From the human T2T-CHM13v2.0 reference genome, Homo sapiens, in assembly GCF_009914755.1 (NCBI RefSeq), contig NC_060926.1: a DNA stretch of 64,000 bases; one strand, written 5' to 3'. Shown piece by piece: positions 53,301 through 64,000 of the stretch (position 1 is the stretch's first letter; each line of letters begins with the position of its first letter). Below the pieces are notes generated by a model. The model was not told where the DNA came from and ran no database searches. It worked only from the letters and a program-made list of their open reading frames with translations. The position numbers were made by a program, and so were the translations under genes.

Positions 53301-55363
53301 AAAAAAATCAGATCCACAAAGTCTGTCACATTTTTTTCTACTATGCAATATTATTTTTTCTTGAAATTTCTATTTTGAAAATTGTCAAACTTTCACAGAA
53401 GCTAACATTTTGTTACATTTGCCTTAACTTTTTTTTTTCTTGCTCCTATTTTTCCCTAGAACTTAGCCCTCTTTACTTCAGCATAGATTTGCTAAGTCTA
53501 AGGACATTATCATACATAATTGAAGTATTTTATAATACCTAAGAAATTAATAATACTTTCACAATGTCATTTAGTATCTGGGCCAATCCAAATTTTCTCA
53601 ATGATCCCTAAATATATATTTTTTTCTCAACACTTTTCAGCAGAGAAACAAAATTACTGGAGGGAAAAACCACTAGTATCTTCATGATACCTTCTTATGT
53701 TGTCTAAATGGAATTCCTCTACTATCTGTCTTAGATGACAGTGTCTTCATCTCATATGGGCATGAGGTTATGGCATAGATGAATAGAAGGTAGCCATAAT
53801 GTGAGTTTGTCACCTTTTGTGCAGGAATGTCTCTGTGTGTATTAACTATATGTAGAGAAACTCAAAGAAATGAGGTACAGTGCCCATCCTCTGAGTGCAC
53901 AAAAGGGAAAAAGGATCTGATTTTTGTTCCTAGTGCTCTGGGCAAATTTGAGCACTTATTTCAGATTTACCTTGATATAACAAATTGGTTTTGCAATTCC
54001 TCTCTGCAGAGTTTGAATCTCATCAAACTGCCAACAATAACTATTTTATATCTTGAGACACTTTAGATATTTGTTGCATCTTTCTTTATATAAATTGACT
54101 AATACACAACTTAACTGCTTCTTGTTGCTGATTACAGTGTCTTTGAAGCTTATGCTATATTTTCTTTGAATTATTCTTATATTTTAGTTTTTACTTTTGA
54201 AGATGTCAGGGTTCTCCATTCCTTTCTTTTTAAATGCTTTTTAGAAATTTTGGTGCATTTTCTGTTTCCTTGAATGCATTTCTGAAACCAAAAGAATGTT
54301 ATTCAGGTGTACTTTTATGATGTGTGAATTTTACTTTTCAAAACCTTTTAACAGATATTTAAATAAAAAAACAACTATAAAAATGGCTAATTTTAGCATA
54401 GGATCATTTGGAGAAATGTCAACAGGTTAACTTGCAGGAGAAATTAATGGTGAGACTACTGGACTGTGAAAATAAAAGGAGAAAATTTGACTAGGTTAAC
54501 TATTCAAGTACGACCTTATAGAATAGCCTGTCAATTTGGCACTGAAAAGACAGGCCAGTGACCCAAATTGGACTTTTTTCTATTTTCTTAAGATTAAGGT
54601 AGTTAATCTGTGATTTTCCTAAGAACTATCTTTCTACAACTTCAGGGTAGGTGTGTGATTTCCAAATAAATAGGTCCAGCTTTGGTTCATGTAGCAAGTG
54701 AGATGAAAATAGAATTTTCTATTTTGAGTATGTTAATGGAATTAAGTATGAAGCTCTTAAGGGACATTAATAAATAATAGAAAATATAAGCCTGAAATGT
54801 AATAATGTACTTATATTTTAATATAATATTATGGTGAAACTAATAATATTTAAGCTGTGGCAAATGTATGAATTTTGGCATGTAGTATGAATAGATTGTT
54901 TATTCTTTAGTGCTGTGTTAGACACACAAATAAAATCTGATCTTTTAAAATATTCATTAATTTTAATATAAAACTCCATTATGTGCTTCTAGAAAATAGT
55001 ACATAATTTAAGTGAAGAGGGATGTCGAAAAGCTGCTTAAGATTATAAAAGATCACTTCAGGACTGTAATTTGTCTTGTTATTCATGAGTTTTGAATTTT
55101 CGAGTCAAATAATGGCATCCAACTTCATTTTTAAGACTGTGTGTGCTATTCCACAACCTTTTAGGGTGATGTCATTCTTATTCTGTAGCATCAGCTTCTG
55201 AGAGATTTTACATCATTAGTAGAAATATTTACAGTTTCTTTACAAAACATAGAATCAGGTCTTTAGAACTCTTTTTGTTCATCTGTTTGTTTTACTGAAT
55301 AGGCAATTGTGGAACATCTCTTTTTTCCTGAATAATGCCTTAAGAAATGAAAATTTTATTGTG

Positions 55364-55794
55364 AATAGAGCAAAGACTTGGAACCAACCCAAATGCCCAT
55401 CAGTGATAGACTGGATAAAGAAAATGTGGCACATATACGCCATGGAATACTATGCAGCCATAAAAAATGATAAGTTCATGTCCTTTGCAGGGACATGGAT
55501 GAAACTGGAAACTATCATTCTCAGAAAGCTAATACAGGAATAGAAAACCAAACACCACATATTCTCACTCATAAGTGGGAGTTGAACGAGAACACGTGGA
55601 CACAGGGAGGGGAACACACTGGGACTTGTCCGGGGGTGGGGAGATGGGGGAGGGATAGCATTAGGAGAAATACGTAATGTAGATGATAGGTTGCTGGGTG
55701 CAGCAAACTACCAAGGCATGTGTATACCTATGTAACAAACCTGCACGCTCTACGCATGTATCCCAGAACTTGAAGTATAATTTAAAAAAAAAAA
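55364..55794 (+). mobile_element. 5'-truncated L1PA (PA7/8-like) 3' end
   Basis: gcaaagacttggaaccaacccaaatgccc...G-rich tract...tcccagaacttgaagtataa plus poly-A. Imperfect TSD aaatgaaaattttat/aaatgaaacttctat. Confidence 0.92.
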
Positions 55795-56022
55795 AATGAA
55801 ACTTCTATCATCCCCTTACCCTGCCATTGCCATACTTGGGCACTAAAAGTATGTGTAATATTAATGTGTGATATACAGTTTAAAATGCTTGCTGGTGGAA
55901 TGGCTACAACTTAAACTGTTAGAAATGCCCTCTCCCATGATCCATCCCCCAGCAGATGGGTACTTTGTCCAGCAGCTGTGCTTCTTCAGCAAGTCGTTGT
56001 TACCCTGTCTCATTTCTCCTAG

Positions 56023-56151
56023 GTACTATATCACTGAGCTCTCTGCTCTGCTGGAACGCTTCTTCTATAGGCTTGCTGCAGAGTTTAAAGAGGAAAAGGT
56101 CCCTCAGTGTCATGAGAGACTTTTCACGACAGTAATCTTTTGCTATCAGAG
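56023..56151 (+). other. Candidate internal exon (129 nt, phase 2/2, one open frame)
   Basis: Acceptor ctgtctcatttctcctag|G and donor AG|gtgaaa. Reads YYITELSALLERFFYRLAAEFKEEKVPQCHERLFTTVIFCYQR, which I do not recognise. Confidence 0.3.
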
Positions 56152-57179
56152 GTGAAATATCCAGGCTATAGAGGTAGTAGCTTTTGCTGTGACTGCTGCT
56201 TAGATAGAAAGCTTAAACTCCTTGAGTTGTTAGTCTTGTATCTGAGGTTTTAAATTCATTCAGCCTGGTGTTTGCCCATTGCCTTACTACTTTTGACTTG
56301 ACATGGCCTAGTAAACTGCAATCCCTCTCTGGGAATGTTGCCGAAAGCCTGCTGAATAAGGCTTCTCAGGTTGTACTTTCTTTTATTTACATTCTGAGAC
56401 TAGTGTTCTCTCTATCCAAGCACCAATCGTACTTTGTGTTAAAGATGGGAACCTTTGCTTTCTCTAATAATAGGTTTTAAATCAGGAGGAAGAGAACTTT
56501 AACTCAGTTGGCATGGAGGGCAGAATATATGGTGCAGTGAATAAACAAAGACCTAGAAGGCTTTTGTTAGACTAAAATACTCCCTGTGATTGTTTTTGAT
56601 AAAATAATAATAATTACAGTGATGGCTGATGCTTGCCACTGAAAACCTGTAATTTCTAACAGCTGTGGCATGGCCATGACAGCTACCAGCACATATAAAA
56701 TAAAATGTATATTTCCCTGAACTGAGATTGCCTGTATATGTAAATTCTCTATTGACTGTGCCTGTTTGTTTTATTAGTGACTCACCTGAAACACCAAAAG
56801 ATTTATATATTTTCAAAAGTTTTGTCTTAAGAGCTCTTAAAAGATTTTGAAGCCATGCTTTTTAAAATAAATTAATTAATGGCCTTATCAGAATGTAGCT
56901 TATTAGATAAAATTGTTTAAGGCATGCTTCAAATCACACAGTTGCTGCAAACCTAATATTAACTAAGCAGTTATTCAATAGGCAGAAATTTGCCTTTTTC
57001 CCCAGCATCTGCAACATCAGGGAACTCTATGGTAAGAGAGGAATTGTATATGTGATTTTCATAGTAATCAACTAGGGTATTACCAAATTTGCATTCGCAG
57101 TTTATCAAAGAGGAGAGAAAATACTTTGCAGTTCTCTGTTTATTTTAATATTTTGACAGATGTTACATGATTTAACACC

Positions 57180-57745
57180 AGTTGCTAAGTAAATACCTAC
57201 TATGTACAAGGAAGGCACTATGCTTGGTATTAGGGAGAGTAAATGAACCAGGTAACTGCCACAGGAAACTTCTAATTTATTAGGAAAGGAAGATATAAAT
57301 AACTTTATTACATGTTATTTGAAATAAGAACTTTAAGACTGGAATAAACGCATAACTATAGGTATTTGGAGGTGACAATTTGCTGTGTCATGAGACAGAA
57401 AATGGTTCAAAAGGAAGTCAGAACTAATATTGTTGCAAGGGAATATATTGCTAGTTTAAAACAAGAAATGTGTTTTGTTTGTTTGTTTATATTTTTCCAG
57501 CAGCCATGTGGGTATTTAGGGTCAAAGCAGGGAGAGGAACAGGACTTATGTGGCAAAAGACAGGCATTTCTCAGAATCAGAAGTTGTTTAGGCCAGACAA
57601 ACCTATGAGTGGCCATTACAGACATGGTATTTAGCAGAGTCTTGATTTCATGAAGAAGAAAGAAGGAAGGACAGAAGAAATTCTAGGCCAAGGGAAGGAC
57701 AGGAACAAGAGTGTAGAAATGAGATGATTCAAAGCAGGTGTTACT
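57180..57745 (-). mobile_element. L2 fragments
   Basis: aatacctactatgtacaagg...gcactatgcttggtattaggg; aaattctaggccaagggaaggacaggaacaagag. Confidence 0.5.
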
Positions 57746-58444
57746 TACTTGGCTAGGCAATGCTGTATATATTTTACATACTTCCTCTTTAGGACAGAAT
57801 TAGAATTGAGGATAAGTGAATTTGTATCAGAATGTGATTATGTTCCTTTAATTCATATTTTTTTCTCCAGAAGATTTTGACATTATTACATATGTAAATG
57901 TAAAATTATGTGTCAATCAACAAATTGAACTAAATCCCTCCTAAGTTGGTGTGAAATCATAAATATGTTTGAAAACAATACTGCATGCTGATTTTTCACA
58001 AACCATTTGATATCCCTTCACAGCTTGGCTGAAGTTGCTTTGCTCAACAGGGAGGTAGAAAAAATACACAATGTTGTGGCCTCTGGTCCTGAAATAAAAA
58101 TAGTGGTTTGATTAAATGCCAGTTGGTTGTAAATGATAACCCACATAAACAGTGGGAAATCATTATGCTTAAGCAGTGAATTCTAATTTAATTTTATGGC
58201 CTTTGGAAAAAAATCCCCTAGGCCAGTCAGCAGAAGCTAAGGAATGGAGACTCAGCTGAATGTTGGAGGAATTGCAATTCTGTTAGGCCAGCTCTGAGAT
58301 GACCTACCCTGCAGCAAGCAACTGGTTACCTAGATTCTTCCCCCTATTCTTCAGATGGGGTCATTTTATTGTTTGATCACCAACATACAAATCTTAAATT
58401 TGTAAAAAAGCCACATCACCAAATTTTTGTGTTTGATGTCCATG

Positions 58445-58989
58445 TGTTTCAGTTACATATTTTATTGATGCATAAACCACCCCCCCCAAAAATTACTACT
58501 ACCTTGAAACAACAACCATTTCATTATATCTAATAATTTTCCATGTCAGAAATTCCATCAGGGTTTGGTTGGGTGATTCTTCTGCTTCATAAGATATCAT
58601 CTGGGATCCCTTGGTGATATCCAGTTGGTATGTTGGCCAGTCTAAAGGGAATAAGACAGCTTCATCCACAAGCCTGGTGTTTTTGATGGTGACAGCTGGA
58701 AGACTGGGCTCAACTGGGTATCTCTCTTTCCCAAAGTAGTTGTAAGAGCTCTTCATCTTATTTCTCCAGCATGGCAGTCAAACTTCTTTCATGGAAGCTC
58801 AAGTCTACAAGAGATCAAAGTGGAAGCTGCCAGTCTTTTTACAGGTTAGTTCAGGGATGGAATAACCTCGCTTTCACTGTACAAATCCAAATAATCCTAG
58901 GCCAGCCAGATTCAAGGGGAGAGCAAATTGATTTCACCACTCATTGAAAGGGATATCCAAGGATTTGCGACCCTCCTGAATCTACCATA
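58445..58989 (-). mobile_element. MLT1 (H/I-like) MaLR LTR
   Basis: gcataaaccacccc...aaacaacaaccatttcattat...gacagctggaagactgggctcaactggg...ggccagccagattcaagggga. Confidence 0.7.
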
Positions 58990-59893
58990 TCATGTACAAA
59001 ACAACAAAGTCTTCTAGAAAAATGAGAAAAGTGAAAATTGAAAAACCAAAATTGTTAATATGTACACATAAAGATCAATAAAAATTATTTTTCATGGTCA
59101 AGCTATTTCTTTTCTTCATGCAGTGCTGCTGAACAAGTGCTATCTAGGGCAGATTATCACTGTGTAAAGAAAACTTTAACAAGTAGAGATTCTTTTGGAT
59201 CTCTGTGAAAATTTAATCTACAGATCTAATATATAGCTAGTGCCTTGGCCCTGTCTTTCTGTGACCACTTGCACTATGTGCTTAATTTCTAAGGTTTTTC
59301 TCCTCAACTTTTTGTTTAATGTGCATATCTTGGCCTTTCTCAACACCAAACTATGCAGCTTGTTTGTTGGATGTTGTATATGTGTATCCCAGGCAACAGA
59401 TGCAATACACCCTATTGTCTTGGCAGCAAACACACTTTAAGAACAATACTGCTTCTCATAACCCTGGTAAGGTAGTTTAATTTGGCACTGACTGACAGTA
59501 GTTGCAATACCATATAAAGATGCCTATTGGCACTGGTTTGGTTTTGCAGTCAGAGAAGGCAAAGAGATACTATTTTTCAGCACTTTGTGCTGGGGTTGTT
59601 GATCTAATTTGATCTATACAGGGCCTTGTATAAAGGTGCAAGTTGTACTAGGCAGGCATCTGGAGCTGTTTGGCTGACAGAACATTACTGGATATTAGAA
59701 TAAATTAGGCAAAATTAGTACAGCATTCAAATGGTGCCAATACAGGTGTAATATTGATTGACTGCTACAATATGTCACATAGCAACAAAATCACACTAAG
59801 TAAAGGAAGAAAATGTTACAGAGGTATGAGAACAGAAAATATTATAGGACATTTATTAGGTAGCCATGATATGATCAAATTTATTTAAGCACT

Positions 59894-59951
59894 TATAAAA
59901 CTCACTAAGATTTGTTTCCAAGTATAAAACTCACCAAGGTTTATTTCCAAG
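59894..59951. repeat. 29-bp tandem duplication
   Basis: tataaaactcactaagatttgtttccaag / tataaaactcaccaaggtttatttccaag (3 mismatches). Confidence 0.85.
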
Positions 59952-60209
59952 TATTTTGGAACGTTTTTAATCAGAGGAGGAAAGACAAAATAAGAAATGA
60001 AAGGCATTTTCTAAAATTTACTTTTGGATTAGATTTCTTGCCTCTATACTTCAACTCAGTAAGCATTTATTAATTTATCTCTGTGCATTTTTTCTGTATT
60101 CATAGATTCAACTAGATTTATTGAAAACCTGCTACGAGACTGTTAAGAAGATACATACATATATACATAAGTGATATACAATCACAATGGAGATAAATAC
60201 TATGTATAA

Positions 60210-60614
60210 GGCATGCTAAAGGCTTGTGTAAAAAGCTCTCAGAATTTCGGGGGGGTTCACATGTAAAGAATTTATTTCTTACATATTTTCACTCGTTGTT
60301 CCTTGTTAGGCAGCAATATGGGTAGCTCTTCATAAGGAGCAATTTAGGGACCTAGTTTTCTGCATCTTGTGGCTCCGTTCTCCTCCTGATTTTCATGTTT
60401 TCTCTGTTTAGCTAGTATGTGGGAAAAGAAGGCTGGAGGGTTATGGATGAGAGGATTTTATGGGCCTTGCTTAGAAATGGTATGCCAAACTTCTGTTCAC
60501 ATTCTACTGTTCAGATCTCAGTCACATGGTCATATATGACTCAAAGGAGGGCAGAAAATATAGTTTAGTTGCTGCTCCATAGGAAGAGGAAAATTATTAA
60601 GCCGTCTCTGCCAA
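60210..60614 (-). mobile_element. MLT1J-like MaLR LTR
   Basis: ttagggacctag...catcttgtggctcc...acttctgttcacattctactg...tcagtcacatgg...gtctctgcca. Confidence 0.65.
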
Positions 60615-60829
60615 ATGCTTATGAATGAAAATAACAGATGCTTTCAGGATGTGATGGATAAAGAAAAACAGTATAAAACAAAATATCATCATGAGATTTG
60701 CAGTACTTGTGGTGAAATATATAAATGAGATTTTTAAAATGCAACACAATTTACATTTGAATAAAAACAGACCATTAACAAATCTTTTGCTATCACTGAA
60801 TCTAATTATTTCTTGTATGTAAAGAGTTA

Positions 60830-61136
<307 letters not shown>

Positions 61137-62969
61137 AAAGAGTTAACATCCAGTTTAAAGTACTTGCTAAGGTAGTGCAACTAGTTAGTGTCACAACGGG
61201 GACACTTATTGTCAGAGAAGTTTGTAATGCTCAGTGCTTGCACTCACCCTTACCCACATAACTGATTCTCATTTTCTGTCTACTATCAGATGAGCCAATA
61301 TTTCTAATTAATAATGCTTATTTCCAGTGCTGAACTTTCTTTGGAGGAATTCAATTAAAGGGACCTTGATTCACATTCAAATAACTACCCACAACTGGCA
61401 ATAACTATCCTCCAGAGAAACCCAACCTGAAGAAGTTCATGCATGAAGTCTGACCTTGCTTAATTGGTTTGGTGGGACAGGACCAAAACTCTTCTAGAGA
61501 CAGGTAAAACTGATCCATACAAATGAATATTGGAATCTTCTTTCTTGGGGTCTAGGCTGATGTGGCATCTGGCAACGGAGGCCAACTGAAACTTGGGCCT
61601 CCAAGTATATCCAAGTACTGGCTGTGGCTGAAGCTTGAGCTGGCTACAAGGTTTCTCCTATACAGGAGAGAGTAGCTACCTTTATTGCATATATTTACAT
61701 ATTGGTATTCAATGCTTTTGTATTGGAAAAACTGAAGTTTGTTCTTTTAGAGCCAGTTTCTGAGGTGAGAGGTAGAGAGAATTAGAGATATGACTAGTAG
61801 GGTCTCCTAATCACGAAACAAATTGCAACCTATGCCTTGTCCGGTCATCTTTATATGACTGTTTTCTGAAAGAGATATGAATAACATGTACTGTGCAGAT
61901 TAAGGGGTTGAAGAATTCAGAGTGTGTACAGTTTTGATGTGGGTAACTTTTAGGGAGGAGACAGAGATTAGAAAATGTATCTAAAAATATAGTTTGCAGC
62001 TGCCCTGCTTTCTAATCCCTTAAGGTGCTCAATAAAACACAGACTCCTGGGCTACCTCCAAGTTATTGAATAAGACTCTTAAGCTTTTTGACCTGGAATC
62101 CTGAATGTTAGCCAAAATTCCCTTTGCCTAAACAATGGCTACTGGCAAGGGATGAAAAAAAACCTGAATGCTGATATTGAAATGTAAATCATCGAATTGT
62201 TTTTTCTGTATTTCGTAAGTAACATGCCAATTTACAAAGTGAACATTTTCCTGATCATCCCAGATGTGGAACTAATGAAAGACTATTTCTATACATAGTC
62301 AAATCAAATATAAAATGATTCATTCCTGCTTATTTCAGATAACTGGTCAAAAAGAATTGTTTGTCTGCAGTGATTGCTGTTAGCTAAGATCAGCTGTCAT
62401 GGATCATGTTTGGCATGCCAGAGGTCTTATGAGAATCAGCTGTCAGGCATGGAATAGAATTGTACAGTTGCTATAGGTCAAAGGAGAGAGTGTTTTTTTT
62501 GCTAGTGGAATTTTGATGTTGTGTCAATGGTGGTATAAGTGGTTATATTTAACACAGTGAGGTTCCCAAGAAGTCTCATTAAGAATCCTAAGGCACTAAA
62601 ATATCTCCAAATTATGAAAGATTTATTTTGCAAGGCTTATTTTCCTCTTGGCTATAATGAGATACTGAGTAAACATTTTCAATGATAAATTCGGATATAA
62701 CAAGTCTTTGTCAAGACTTTTAGAAAGACTCACACTGGAAATTCTGAATGACTTTGTTGAAATTATGCAGGATTCTGGTTAGACACTAATAGATAGCTAA
62801 TGTTGATTTTTTCTTTAATAACATTATAACTATTTTTTGAATCAATGCACAATAAAGTACTGAGAATTGGGTGAGTTTTCAAGAAATCCAAAGCCATGAA
62901 TCTGTCAATTGTGTCATACCATCAGTAGTGGTGAGTTGAATGGCAAGACCCACTTAGCTTCTGTTCACT

Positions 62970-63257
62970 CAGGGGTCACAAATTGGCCATCTACAGGGAT
63001 CATTTGGCCTGTGAATGAATTTAATTTAGAAGAAAAAACTCACTAAACTTTTTTTACTCAGGTGAAGCCATTTAAAAATGTAATGATTTTACATAAAAAC
63101 CTAGATTCTGGTATTCTCATGAAAAATCAGAACATTAGCACATTTCCCTATGGCAGCAATCAGAAGTGGTGGCCCCCGTTGGATAATCATGTACTCTCCA
63201 GCATGAACCTGCTTCAGGCATTCACATTACCTGCCTCTCTGAGTTTCTGCACCCTCC
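62970..63257 (+). mobile_element. MER102-like hAT-Charlie element
   Basis: caggggtcacaaattggcc...ttttacataaaaacctagattctgg...gagtttctgcaccctc. Confidence 0.6.
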
Positions 63258-63489
63258 ACGGATTGAGGCTCTTATGAAAATGACCTGTTCTCCCCTTTTA
63301 AATTTCTAGTGCTTTTCACTTGGGATCCTTTCAAGATGACTACTTACTCTGTGAGAGATGACAGAAACCACTTGACTACATTTTGTAAAGATATACATGC
63401 GTAAGACATATACGAAGGCCGACAGTTACAGGCACACAAAATTCGTCCAGGCTTGTCAAGCTTAGAAGATGTATCATTGTGTATTGGTA

Positions 63490-64000
63490 GGAATAAGGAC
63501 CAAGGTTAATAAAATAAAATATGATGGGGAAATGTGAAGTCCTAAATTTACTTAAATATGAATCCATAAATTTTATTCACAAATACAAATCCCTAAATAA
63601 AAAATCAGTTAGGAAAATACAAAATGGTAAAGACCTGATTTGGTAGTATTTTTCTAAAAACAAAGTTTTCATAAGTGATAAGTTCAATGTGTATCAGTAG
63701 AGTGATATGACTACTTTAAAAAAGATGCAAAAACAGGTGCATTAGTAGAAGTAAAATGTACAGATGGTGAAAATTATGATATTTTGTACTTCATTTTTGT
63801 CAATCTGGGTATAGAGGAGTGTTTCCTCTGAAGTTTTAAAAAGGCACTGACCACAAAACTGCAAGAAATGAGAATAGGTGACATTCATGGAGAGGGTTGT
63901 AGGAATCAAGACATACAAGGAATGATTGAATAAACCATATGTTTAAACTAGAGAAGAAAAGAAAAAATGAAAAAAGGTAAGAGGAATAGGCAAGCTCCTT
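63490..64000 (+). mobile_element. L3/CR1 LINE 3' region
   Basis: aaatgtgaagtcctaaattta...aagttcaatgtgtatcagtagagtgatatgact...tgtttaaactagagaagaaaaga. Confidence 0.55.

Noticed and set aside
55631-55655. G-quadruplex-like tract
   Set aside because: Standard G-rich tract of the L1PA 3'UTR.
62402-62420. p53-like element gatcatgtttggcatgcca
   Set aside because: The half-sites overlap by one base and carry mismatches, so it is non-canonical.
63395-63460. Local cluster of four CpGs in AT-rich DNA
   Set aside because: Too short for a CpG island, with no TSD, ORF or RNA-gene signature. Cannot be distinguished from chance.

Overview
This window is AT-rich, CpG-depleted primate (human-like) genomic DNA, probably intergenic or deep intronic. 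No intact protein-coding gene, RNA gene or CRISPR array is supportable, and the ORF track consists of decayed L1/ERV/Alu fragments and chance ORFs. Roughly two-thirds is transposon-derived: two near-full-length dead L1s (L1MA2-like at 20194-25762 +, L1PB-like at about 45400-52290 -), a complete two-LTR non-coding MER61 provirus (27844-32896), a decayed ERV-L/LTR16 provirus, solo LTRs (two MLT2A, MST, MER9, THE1, MLT1), Alus/FLAM, MIR, L2, L3 and hAT MITEs. Subfamily names come from recall of consensus sequences and need RepeatMasker confirmation. Points worth a second look are a divergent MLT2A pair with clustered DUX4-type motifs, several template-switch scars (three same-strand templated copies, two fold-back hairpins, one micro-inversion), an Alu/L1 deletion junction, tandem gag-start remnants at the 3' end of the MER61 provirus, and a candidate 129-nt open symmetric exon at 56023-56151. 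I did not find convincing evidence of a novel multi-gene system.
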